Made by a program: the position numbers and the translations under genes
Shown: in pieces, positions 45,044 through 54,100 of the stretch
Numbering within the stretch: position 1 is the stretch's first letter
Layout of the letters: the number at the start of each line of letters is the position of its first letter
Notes under the pieces: model-generated
The model's database searches: none
What the model was told of the DNA's origin: nothing
What the model saw: the letters and a program-made list of their open reading frames with translations, nothing else
Source: Deltaproteobacteria bacterium
Lineage (GTDB): Bacteria > Desulfobacterota_D > UBA1144 > Nemesobacterales > CSP1-2
Length of the DNA: 64,000 nt
NCBI GenBank assembly: GCA_052390235.1
Contig: JBQTHB010000005.1
Coordinates: forward strand, 192,001 to 256,000
Direction: 5' to 3'

Positions 45044-45970
45044 GTGAACGATAAGAAAATCGAAGCACTTCTGGAGAGAATTGCCGCCGCGCTTGAGCGT
45101 ATGGCGGGAATACAGGGCATCACGCAAGTTCCGCGCGACATACAGGCAAATCATCTCCCTCAAGAAGAGCAAAACCCCGGGGACACTCCTCTCCCGGCAC
45201 CGAGCGAGAGCGGATTGCTAGAGGCATTCCTCGCATCAAAGGGAATTACAATTAAAGCCCTCCCGCCGGAGGACGCGGCTGACCAAGTGATTGACAGCCT
45301 CTCGATGTTCCTAGGGGAGCGCTACGATGCCCTCTCGGAGCTACTTGCCAAAATTAAGCGGGGGATGCAGACGGGAACATCCATAACGCTAAGCCTCAAG
45401 GATTATAGCCAGCAGGACGTAAGCTCAGTGTGCCAGTTCTGCACGCGGATTCACGAAATAGCGTTTCTTGAGCAGTATAGGTACTTTCGCTCCCCCGAAT
45501 TTCTTATACGAGCGAAAACCACGACCCTGCCCAAAGCCCAGAGATTCTTCGGCGGGCAGTGGCTCGAGAGATTCATACTTCAGAAAATAAAATACGTACA
45601 CACCCAAATACTATCCGAGGTTGGGAAGCCCATAAATTTTGAGTTTCTCATAAATCCCCAGATAGTGCTTCCGAACGGGAACGATTTCGAGTTAGACGTT
45701 TTAGTCGCCATGGGTAGCGCGATTTATTGGGTGGAGGCAAAATCCGGGGATTACCAGCAGCACACAAGCAAGTATTCAAAGTTCGCCCGCACCCTTGGGC
45801 TAGACGCCGACCACTCGATAATGGCTCTTACCGACGCCGCTGATAGCAACTGCGAGGCGCTATCGGCGCTATTTTCAATGACCGTGTGCAATTTGAAATC
45901 GTTCAAGGAGAACTTCCTCGCCATAGCCCGAAGCGACCATGCCGATGTTGCAGGGATGCAGGAGCCGTAG
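45044..45970 (+). CDS. Hypothetical protein with C-terminal PD-(D/E)xK nuclease-like domain (Card1/DUF1887-like)
   Basis: FFGGQWLERFI...NPQI...FELDVL...WVEAKSG. Confidence 0.7.
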   Translation: MNDKKIEALLERIAAALERMAGIQGITQVPRDIQANHLPQEEQNPGDTPLPAPSESGLLEAFLASKGITIKALPPEDAADQVIDSLSMFLGERYDALSELLAKIKRGMQTGTSITLSLKDYSQQDVSSVCQFCTRIHEIAFLEQYRYFRSPEFLIRAKTTTLPKAQRFFGGQWLERFILQKIKYVHTQILSEVGKPINFEFLINPQIVLPNGNDFELDVLVAMGSAIYWVEAKSGDYQQHTSKYSKFARTLGLDADHSIMALTDAADSNCEALSALFSMTVCNLKSFKENFLAIARSDHADVAGMQEP

Positions 45971-46029
45971 GAGGGGGAGTGAGTCCGGCGGCCGGATTTG
46001 CGCAAAGCCGCGCTCGCTTCCACACTGTC

Positions 46030-46584
46030 TCAGACCCTCGGAGGGGTGATTCCCACCTGTTTTTGATATTTCCCCTTCTTATCGGCGTAGGATACCTCGC
46101 AAACTCCGTCGCCCTCAAAGAAGAGCACCTGAGCGATTCCCTCGTTGGCGTAAATCTTCGCGGGCAGCGGAGTGGTATTCGAGATTTCAAGCGTTACAAA
46201 CCCCTCCCACTCCGGCTCAAAAGGCGTTACATTCACGATAATTCCGCATCGGGCGTAAGTGGATTTCCCCACGCAGAGGGTGATAACGGTTCGGGGAATC
46301 CTGAAATATTCAACCGTCCTCGCCAGCGCAAAAGAATTCGGGGGAATTATGCACACATCAGATTTAATTTCGACAAACGACTTATCGTTGAACGCCTTGG
46401 GGTCAACCACAGTGTTATAGACGTTCGTGAACACCTTGAACTCATCCGAGACCCTGATGTCGTAGCCATAGGCCGAGAGTCCGTAGGAAATCGCCCCGGC
46501 AGACACCTGCCCATCCACATACGGTTCTATCATGCCCTGCTCCCGCGCCATTTTTCTAATCCAATAATCTGGTTTCACGCCCAT
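46030..46584 (-). CDS. dcd: dCTP deaminase
   Basis: [36 protein letters not shown]. Confidence 0.96.
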   Translation of the reverse strand: MGVKPDYWIRKMAREQGMIEPYVDGQVSAGAISYGLSAYGYDIRVSDEFKVFTNVYNTVVDPKAFNDKSFVEIKSDVCIIPPNSFALARTVEYFRIPRTVITLCVGKSTYARCGIIVNVTPFEPEWEGFVTLEISNTTPLPAKIYANEGIAQVLFFEGDGVCEVSYADKKGKYQKQVGITPPRV

Positions 46585-46694
46585 TATCGCCTCTGTCCTC
46601 CAATTTGAAAGTTAGCCGCAAATCTATACAACCCCCCCCCTCGCCGAGCCTTGAAACTAGCCATAGCGCAAAAGCCGCCACAAACCCGCGAAGC

Positions 46695-46988
46695 TCATAC
46701 TTCTTTAATCAACTCTCTGATTAAATCCTTTAGCCGCTCCGGCGATTTAGTTACCACGAACACCTCCTGAATTGACGAGCCGCTCCGCCCGATGAGCTTT
46801 GCGCCGCTTACGGTGCTGTACTGATATTTCACAATTAAATTCTCGCCCGTCGCGCTCCCGACCTTTATCTCTCCCGGAATTATACCCTCGACGAAATCCT
46901 GCTCGGACACCTTTTCGAGAAAATTCCGCAAGCCCTTGATGATGCTGTGCTGGCGTTTTATCTTGTGTTTTCTGTGCTTCATACCCAT
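46695..46988 (-). CDS. DUF2103-like small protein
   Basis: HSIIKGL, IIPGEI, GAKLIGRSGSSIQEVFVVT. Confidence 0.75.
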   Translation of the reverse strand: MGMKHRKHKIKRQHSIIKGLRNFLEKVSEQDFVEGIIPGEIKVGSATGENLIVKYQYSTVSGAKLIGRSGSSIQEVFVVTKSPERLKDLIRELIKEV

Positions 46989-47041
46989 GGCATAATCACC
47001 GCCGACTGCGCTTGCTCAGGACAGAGGGGTTTATAGTCGCT

Positions 47042-47581
47042 CTACCTCGTCCATTTTATGGTGCATCCAATGGCGTATGTTTCGGGATTAGCTATCTGTC
47101 GGCCCTCAATAAGGGCAAGGATGGCGTCGCGCAGATACCGCTCTTTGACCTTTTCCGGCTCGCGCCAGTTGTCGTCAATTTTTCCCGTGTAGCGGAGACG
47201 GCTCCGGGAGTCAAGCAAGAACACCTGCGGCGTGTGAGACGCTCCGAAAGCGCGGGCGACTTGCTGGGATTTATCCCTCAAATATGGGAAATTATAGCCC
47301 TTCGCCCCTGCCCTTTTAATCATGCTCTCGAAACTGTCCTCGGGGTAGTTCTTATCGTCATTGGAATTGATGCCGACAAACGTGAATCCCAGCGCCGCGA
47401 ATTCCTCCTGAAGAGCGATGACTCTCTGCTCGTAAGCCTGAACGTAGGGGCAGTGATTGCAGGTAAACATCACCGCCACAGCCTTTTTATCGCTTAAGTC
47501 CGAAAGACCAAGATCCGTGCCATCAACTCCGGGGAGCTTGAATTCCGGGGCTTTGTCGCCGATTTTAATCTCTTCGCCCAT
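47042..47581 (-). CDS. AhpC/TSA thioredoxin-family protein
   Basis: FTCNHCPYV, YPEDS, TPQVF, GKIDDN, GCTIKW. Confidence 0.93.
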   Translation of the reverse strand: MGEEIKIGDKAPEFKLPGVDGTDLGLSDLSDKKAVAVMFTCNHCPYVQAYEQRVIALQEEFAALGFTFVGINSNDDKNYPEDSFESMIKRAGAKGYNFPYLRDKSQQVARAFGASHTPQVFLLDSRSRLRYTGKIDDNWREPEKVKERYLRDAILALIEGRQIANPETYAIGCTIKWTR

Positions 47582-47690
47582 TTATTTTCCCTCCTACACC
47601 GCAAATTTTACCCTAACTCGCAGGGCTGCGCGTTTATCGGGGGAAGCGGCTCAGTCCCCACCCAGATGCGAAGTCCAGAAATTATACGCG

Positions 47691-49856
47691 CTAAAGCCTC
47701 TTTAAGCCGAGAAATGTGGCGACAATTTTTTTCTCGCCGTAATTCGGGAACGCAATAACGAGCTTCGCATCCCCGCCCGCGCCCTCGATTCTCTTTACAA
47801 CCCCCTGCCCGAACGAGGGATGAGATACCCTCTCGCCTGCGGAGAAACCATCGTCGCTGAAATTTTCCACTCGGCTGCTTGCGCGCGCCGATGAATCTCT
47901 TAGCGAATATGGGCGTTGGGCGGAGGTGGCCGCCTGAAAGCTCGTCCACCGCAGGAGATTTCTCGGAATTTCGCTTATAAAACGCGACGGAACCGGGGTT
48001 TTCTCAATTCCGAAGAACCTCCTCTTCGACGCGCTGATGAGATGGAGCTTTTCCTTAGCCCTCGTGATGCCTACGTAGCAGAGCCTCCTCTCCTCCTCAA
48101 TGAGCTTGCCGCTCTGAAGCGACCTCTCGTGGGGGAAGAGCTTTTCCTCAACGCCGATGATAAACACCACGGGAAATTCCAGCCCCTTGGATGAGTGGAC
48201 GGTCATTAGGGTTACCTGGTCGGCGCGGTCGTTGAAGCCGTCCACATCGCTCGCAAGGGTAACGGAGTCGAGAAAATCGTGGAGAGAGCGGCGCTGTTCA
48301 CTATTGTCCTTCTCGAATTCTGCGGTGAGGTTTAATATCTCGCCCAAATTGTCGAGTCTCTCAGGTTCGCCCTCAAGCATCGTGAGATATCCCGTCATTC
48401 TAAGCGCTTCGCCCAGAAGCTCTGCGATTGAAACTCGCTTCGAGAGGTCAATAAGCCCCGACAGGAGAACATGGAATTTAGCGATGCCGCCCAGGGTTTT
48501 CTTAGGAAAAACCGCGTTTTCAACGGCAAATCCGATGGCGTCGAAAAGGGACGTGCCGCGCGCGCGCGCGATGCTGTCGAGGGCGTCAACCGTCGCCCTG
48601 CCTATTCCCCTTGGCGGGGTGTTGATGATGCGCTTTAGGCTGATGTCGTCGAGCTGGTTGGTTATGAATCTGAGATACGCCATGATGTCTCGAATCTCGG
48701 CGCGATCGTAAAAGCCGACCCCGCCGACTAGGGCATAGGGGATTTGGGAGCGCAGGAGTTGCTCTTCGATGAGCCTCGACTGATTGTTCGTGCGGTAGAA
48801 CACGGCAAAATCCCTGTACGCGCGCCCTGAGGCGGCTCTGTCGGACTGAATTTGTCCGGCTACGTAGCGGGCTTCGTCCCTTTCATCATACGCCTCGTAG
48901 TAGGAGATGAGGTCCCCTTCGGGGTTGTCGGTCCAGAGGGTTTTATCGCGTCTGAGCCTGTTTCTGAGAATCAGGGCGCCTGCCGCTTTTAGAATATTGC
49001 CGGTTGACCTGTAGTTTTGCTCCAATTTGATTATTGCCGCGTCCGGGAAATCGCGCTCGAAGCCCAGGATATTGGATATATCTGCCCCGCGCCATCCGTA
49101 GATTGATTGGTTATCGTCGCCCACTACGAGGATGTTTCTGTGTTTCTGCGAGAGGAGTTTTACGATTTTGTATTGGAGGCTATTGGTATCCTGATATTCG
49201 TCCACGAGAATGTGGCGGAACTGCTCGCGGTATTTTTCAAGCACATCCGGGAGTTTTTCGAGAATCAGCGCCGTAAATCGGAGCAGGTCGGCGAAATCGA
49301 GGGCGTTTGAGCGGCGGAGTTCCTGCTCGTAGAGGTAGTATATTTTCGAGATTTTTTCGTCCAGAGATAAATCATCGGCAGCATCGCCTGGGGCAAGTCC
49401 CCTGCTTTTAGCCGAATCTATCTGGGAGCGCGCCGAGCGCGGGTCAAAGAGCTGGTCGCCAAAGCCGAGCCGCCCCATGCACTCGCGGATGAGCTTTAGC
49501 TGGTCCCCCTCGTCGTAAATGACAAAATCGCTCCTAAAACCCTCCAGCTTGTCGATTTCCCTCTTGAGAATCCTAAGGGAGATGGAGTGAAAAGTGCCTA
49601 TCCATAAATTCCGCGCGCTGTCGCCAACGAGGCTATGGATTCGCTCTTTCATCTCATTTGCGGCTTTATTTGTAAACGTAACGGCTAGGATGTTAAAGGG
49701 TTTCTCGCCGCGCTCGCAGATGAGGTGAGCGATTCTGCGCGTGATGATTCGGGTTTTACCCGAGCCTGCGCCGGCGAGTACGAGTACCGGCCCTGAGGGA
49801 TGCAGGACGGCCTCGGATTGAGAGGGATTAAGCTCGGCGATAATTTTCGACTGCAT
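47691..49856 (-). CDS. uvrD: ATP-dependent DNA helicase UvrD/PcrA
   Basis: AGAGSGKT, DEYQD, GDDNQSIYGWRGA, QNYRS, HSSKGLEF, EERRLCYVGITRA; C-terminal Tudor-like domain. Confidence 0.95.
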   Translation of the reverse strand: MQSKIIAELNPSQSEAVLHPSGPVLVLAGAGSGKTRIITRRIAHLICERGEKPFNILAVTFTNKAANEMKERIHSLVGDSARNLWIGTFHSISLRILKREIDKLEGFRSDFVIYDEGDQLKLIRECMGRLGFGDQLFDPRSARSQIDSAKSRGLAPGDAADDLSLDEKISKIYYLYEQELRRSNALDFADLLRFTALILEKLPDVLEKYREQFRHILVDEYQDTNSLQYKIVKLLSQKHRNILVVGDDNQSIYGWRGADISNILGFERDFPDAAIIKLEQNYRSTGNILKAAGALILRNRLRRDKTLWTDNPEGDLISYYEAYDERDEARYVAGQIQSDRAASGRAYRDFAVFYRTNNQSRLIEEQLLRSQIPYALVGGVGFYDRAEIRDIMAYLRFITNQLDDISLKRIINTPPRGIGRATVDALDSIARARGTSLFDAIGFAVENAVFPKKTLGGIAKFHVLLSGLIDLSKRVSIAELLGEALRMTGYLTMLEGEPERLDNLGEILNLTAEFEKDNSEQRRSLHDFLDSVTLASDVDGFNDRADQVTLMTVHSSKGLEFPVVFIIGVEEKLFPHERSLQSGKLIEEERRLCYVGITRAKEKLHLISASKRRFFGIEKTPVPSRFISEIPRNLLRWTSFQAATSAQRPYSLRDSSARASSRVENFSDDGFSAGERVSHPSFGQGVVKRIEGAGGDAKLVIAFPNYGEKKIVATFLGLKRL

Positions 49857-50224
49857 CTATCTCTCTGTCGTCCTCCTCAAAGAGGTAACAACGGGCGCGG
49901 CACGGGAATTGAGCAATATTTTCAAACGGTTAGCGGAGAGACGGCTGATGAAAATCATCATTGTAGCCGCCTGTGTCTTCTGAGGATAAAAACGGTGCAA
50001 AGGGGCCTCAGGACGACTATATATAATATTTCATATATGTCAATATTGGGCGCATTAGATACGCGCCGTAAGAGGCGGGATTTACATGAATTTTGAGTGG
50101 TAACGGGGCAAATTTTATGTTGCGGCAGGGGTTGCAAAGAGGCGTGGGAGGAGTGTATAATTGGGATAGTGGGTGAGGCTTAATAAACTATAACTTACTG
50201 AAATTATTGGATTATTATATTTAC

Positions 50225-50340
50225 TTGACAATATCTCTCCTAATCTGTTAGGATTTAAAAACACAAAACCGAGAGAGACGGGCATATCCCCACTAAGTAG
50301 TTTGTAAGTTATCCACACCCTGTTGACAACCTGTGGAAAA
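50225..50340 (+). promoter_or_regulatory. dnaA promoter with downstream DnaA boxes
   Basis: TTGACA(50225)-N18-TAGGAT with TG extension; boxes TTATCCACA at 50309, TGTTGACAA at 50321, TGTGGAAAA at 50332. Confidence 0.75.
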
Positions 50341-50372
50341 GCTGTTGATTGTTTTGCCGATGCGGAGGAATT

Positions 50373-51926
50373 TTGGCTAAGCGAGTAACCCTTGGGCGGA
50401 ATCTTAAATCCCTTTTTTCAGACAACCGAGACGCCGCAAACGGGGGCATTGACGCGTTCATAAAACCCCAAGCCCCTCCGCCAACTCCCGCCGCCGCTCT
50501 GCCTCTGCAGATGCCCGCGAAGAGGACGCAAGGGCCTAAAATCGTTTGGGAAGCCGTGCTGGAGAATATAAAGAGAAAATCCAACCCGCAGGTTTTTTTC
50601 TGGTTCGCGCCGCTTAAGCTCGTATCTCAAAGCGAGGACGCAGTAGTTCTCAAAGCCAACAGCCAATTTGACAGAGATTGGATTACCAGCCACTATCTGG
50701 ATTTCATTAGCCAGACCATAGAGGAAGTGCATGGCAGACGCTATGAGATTAAATTCACAGTGGAAGAGGAGTACTCGCAGGACAGAGGGCGCATCCTCCG
50801 CGCTGAAGAAGAGGATGAAGGGGATGAGGATACCGATGATTCCAGCGAATCGCTCAATGGGAAACCAAGAGAGGGTTTATTCTCGGGATTTCTCAACCCC
50901 AAATATACGTTTGAGAACTTCATCGTAGGCTCAAGCAACCAATTCGCCCATGCCGCCTGCGTCGCAGTAGCCAAGAAGCCGGGCGAGCATTACAACCCTA
51001 TTTTCATACATGGGGGCGTGGGGCTTGGAAAAACGCATCTCATCAGCGCTGTCGGAAACTACATACTCAAAAAAACCTCGAGCATCGCGCGCGTCGCCTG
51101 CATCTCGGCCGAGAGCTTTACCAACCAAGTTATCAACAGCATAAAATCCAATAAAATGGAAGAATTCAGAAATCGCTACAGATTCGGCTGCGACGTGCTT
51201 CTGATTGACGACATCCAGTTCATAGCCGGCAAAGAGAGCACTCAAGAGGAGTTCTTCCATACGTTTAACACCCTCTACGAATCCAAAAAACAGATAATCA
51301 TCACAAGCGACAAGCCCCCAAGAGATATGACCTACCTTGAAGAGAGGCTGAAATCCAGATTTGAATGGGGACTCATCACAGATATTCAGCCCCCGGAGAT
51401 GGAAACAAAGGTCGCAATACTCAAGAAAAAAGCTGAATCCGAGGTAGTATCTATTCCGAACGAGGTGGCGATGTTCATAGCCCAGAACGTAACCTCAAAC
51501 ATAAGGGAACTCGAGGGGGCGCTAGTAAACATCATCGGCTACGGGAAACTACTCAAAACCGATATTACGGTGGAGCTTGCTAGAGAAGCCCTCAAGAACA
51601 TAGTCAAAGAACCGGGGAAAAAAGTGCTGAGCATTGAGTCCATCCAAAGAGAGGTTTCAAGCTTCTTTGGACTGCGGGTGCAGGAGCTAAAATCCGAGAG
51701 AAAGCAGAAAAATATCGCCATTCCAAGGCAGATATGTATGTATCTGACAAGGAAGTACACGGGGGCTTCATTCCCTGAAATAGGGGAAAAATTCGGAGGC
51801 AAGGACCACTCGACCGTCATACACGCCGTAAAGAGGGTAGAGGGGATGATAGCCATGGACTCCACACTCAGAAGCACGATAGAAGCCGTATCGAGAAAGA
51901 TTGAAGCCCTGAGGGGGAGTGGATAG
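50373..51926 (+). CDS. dnaA: Chromosomal replication initiator DnaA with N-terminal extension
   Basis: LNPKYTFENF, GGVGLGKTHL, LLIDDIQF, NIRELEGAL, DHSTVIHA; start set to TTG 50373 after GGAGGA (start position uncertain). Confidence 0.97.
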   Translation: MAKRVTLGRNLKSLFSDNRDAANGGIDAFIKPQAPPPTPAAALPLQMPAKRTQGPKIVWEAVLENIKRKSNPQVFFWFAPLKLVSQSEDAVVLKANSQFDRDWITSHYLDFISQTIEEVHGRRYEIKFTVEEEYSQDRGRILRAEEEDEGDEDTDDSSESLNGKPREGLFSGFLNPKYTFENFIVGSSNQFAHAACVAVAKKPGEHYNPIFIHGGVGLGKTHLISAVGNYILKKTSSIARVACISAESFTNQVINSIKSNKMEEFRNRYRFGCDVLLIDDIQFIAGKESTQEEFFHTFNTLYESKKQIIITSDKPPRDMTYLEERLKSRFEWGLITDIQPPEMETKVAILKKKAESEVVSIPNEVAMFIAQNVTSNIRELEGALVNIIGYGKLLKTDITVELAREALKNIVKEPGKKVLSIESIQREVSSFFGLRVQELKSERKQKNIAIPRQICMYLTRKYTGASFPEIGEKFGGKDHSTVIHAVKRVEGMIAMDSTLRSTIEAVSRKIEALRGSG

Positions 51927-52150
51927 GCTGTGGATAGGGCTGTGGATAGGGCTGTGGATAGGCTGTGGATGAATTTGTGGATAAGTCCGAGGGGCGATTG
52001 GCTGTGGATGAATTGTGGATAGATGGGGAATTGTATCAACAGGATATCAACAGAAAAAAGTGAATAATATCAGTTAATTAGGTTAGTTATCAACAATTTC
52101 ACACCCCCTACTACTACTATTACTATTTATATATAATATATTTCTATTTA
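51918..52150. other. Replication origin oriC
   Basis: Eight co-oriented TGTGGATA/G-type boxes (51918-52022), three opposite-orientation TATCAACA boxes (52033, 52044, 52087), CCCCC, CTA/TTA trios (52108-52128), AT-rich tract; lies between dnaA and dnaN. Confidence 0.93.
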
Positions 52151-52163
52151 GGAGTAGAAGACA

Positions 52164-53264
52164 ATGAGATTCAGTGCCGACGCCTTAACCCTCTCCGAGA
52201 AGCTAGCCCTACTGCAGGGAATTTCCGAGAGAAAAACCACGATACCCATACTTACGCACGTGCTTCTGTCCGCTTCAAACAACGCCGTGCAGCTCTCAGC
52301 CACAGACCTTGAGACCACAATGATTGTCTCTTTCCAGGCGGCTGTATCCAAAAACGGCTCTCTCGCCATTCCCTCCCGCAAGCTCTATGAAATAGTCAAA
52401 GAGCTTCCCCAAGGCGAAATAGAAATAGAGGAAATAGGCAACCACTGGATTCAACTTAAAACCCCATCGGCTACGTTTAAAATCGCAGGACTCCCCGGAG
52501 AGGATTTCCCGGCTATCCCAGAGGTATCATCCGAAGCCACATTCTCGATAGAAAGCTCCCCCATTGACGATATGATAGCGAAAACCATATTTGCCGTCTC
52601 CCAGGATGAAATCAGACGAAATATCGTAGGGATCTATTTCGAGAAAATTGGGAAGCAATCCCTTAGACTCGTGGCTACGGACGGGCATCGCCTCTCCCTA
52701 GTGGACAGAAATATGAAATTCGACATTGACCTCGGGCGCAGTTTTATCCTCCCCAAAAAGGGCATCGCCGAGATTCGGAAAATGGTGAAACTCTCGGATA
52801 CTCTTAAAATTGGGTGCGGTAAAAACTTCTTCACCGCCGAAGGGGATGGAATTATTTTAATCGTAAGGCTGATTGACGCCGAATTTCCCGATTATAAGCA
52901 GGTAATACCGGAGGTTACTAAAAACACATTCGGCGTAAAAAAAACCGATTTCCTAAGCGCGCTGAGGAGGGTGTCCGTGCTTTCGGCGGAGAAAACCAGG
53001 AGCGTTAAGATTTTCGTGAATGGAAGCAATATGACTCTCGTCTCGGTTAACCCGGAAGTGGGGGACGCCAAAGAGACAGTACCTCTCGATTTCGGCGGAG
53101 AACCCTTGGAACTCGGTTTCAACGCCAGCTATCTGATGGACGTGCTTCAGGCGATGGGGGGGGAGTCAATTCAAATAGGCATAACGGACGAGCTTAGCCC
53201 GGCGGTGATTAAACCCGTGGGCGAAGAGGTCTATATCTCGGTAATTATGCCTATGCGCGTGTGA
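52164..53264 (+). CDS. dnaN: DNA polymerase III beta clamp
   Basis: ATDLE, VATDGHRL, FPDYKQVIP, IMPMRV; SD AGGAG. Confidence 0.97.
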   Translation: MRFSADALTLSEKLALLQGISERKTTIPILTHVLLSASNNAVQLSATDLETTMIVSFQAAVSKNGSLAIPSRKLYEIVKELPQGEIEIEEIGNHWIQLKTPSATFKIAGLPGEDFPAIPEVSSEATFSIESSPIDDMIAKTIFAVSQDEIRRNIVGIYFEKIGKQSLRLVATDGHRLSLVDRNMKFDIDLGRSFILPKKGIAEIRKMVKLSDTLKIGCGKNFFTAEGDGIILIVRLIDAEFPDYKQVIPEVTKNTFGVKKTDFLSALRRVSVLSAEKTRSVKIFVNGSNMTLVSVNPEVGDAKETVPLDFGGEPLELGFNASYLMDVLQAMGGESIQIGITDELSPAVIKPVGEEVYISVIMPMRV

Positions 53265-53325
53265 TTTCGCTTGCACATCCCCCTACTCTCGCTGCAGGGC
53301 GCAAAATTCCAAGCCAGTACATCAA

Positions 53326-54033
53326 ATGCTCGAGCTTATATTTCCCAGAATCTGCCCCTTTTGCGACTCCCCATCGGAAGGGGAGATTCTATGCGCCGCG
53401 TGCTTATCCGGCGTGCGTTTCATATCAGATTATAGCGCTTGCCAGCGATGCGGAGCGCCGTTTCTATCCGAGGACGATACCGGCGGAGACGACGCCCTCT
53501 GCCGCAGATGCCGCGCAGGGGATTTTCTCTTCCATAAAGCCCGTTCCATCGCTTTTTACGACTGCATACTAAAAGACGTTCTTCATGCTTTTAAATACGA
53601 GGGAAAATTGAATTTATCCGGGCTCATCGCCTCGGTTATGACCGAGAATTTTCCATCCGATTTCGAGCGCGTGGATGTTGTCGTGCCGGTGCCGCTTCAC
53701 AGGAACAAGCTACGAGCCAGAGAGTACAACCAATGCGCCGTCTTGGGTAGGAGGATTGCGGATTTTCTCGGAGCGACGATAGAGCTTTTTGCCCTTGTCA
53801 AAATCGCTGACACCTCCCCTCAGGTTGAGATGAAAAGCGATTCCCAGAGACGCCGAAACGTAAGCGGGGCATATTCGGTTAAGAGCCCCAGGGGAATACA
53901 GAAAAAGTCCGCGCTTTTAATTGACGATGTGTTCACCACTGGCTCTACGGCGAACGAGTGCGCCCGCGCCCTGCTCGATGCCGGAGCGGCTTCGGTGCAG
54001 GTTTTAACCCTTCTGCGGTCGGTTAAAATTTGA
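53326..54033 (+). CDS. comF: ComF family protein (double zinc ribbon + PRTase)
   Basis: Four CxxC, PVPLH, REYNQ, LIDDVFTTGST. Confidence 0.92.
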   Translation: MLELIFPRICPFCDSPSEGEILCAACLSGVRFISDYSACQRCGAPFLSEDDTGGDDALCRRCRAGDFLFHKARSIAFYDCILKDVLHAFKYEGKLNLSGLIASVMTENFPSDFERVDVVVPVPLHRNKLRAREYNQCAVLGRRIADFLGATIELFALVKIADTSPQVEMKSDSQRRRNVSGAYSVKSPRGIQKKSALLIDDVFTTGSTANECARALLDAGAASVQVLTLLRSVKI

Positions 54034-54100
54034 TTTGACTTTAAAATTTGGATGCTATAGGATTTATATAGCCAACAATTAAGTTGCCCACTTAAAAAAA

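Noticed and set aside
45886..46608. 240-aa plus-strand ORF and similar long antisense ORFs (e.g. 12325..12915, 13190..13777, 20145..20747, 61163..61741)
   Set aside because: Shadow frames of clear genes on the opposite strand.
51918..51984. Tandem repeats as CRISPR array or VNTR
   Set aside because: Units are 11-12 bp with no spacers, and each is a DnaA box within oriC.
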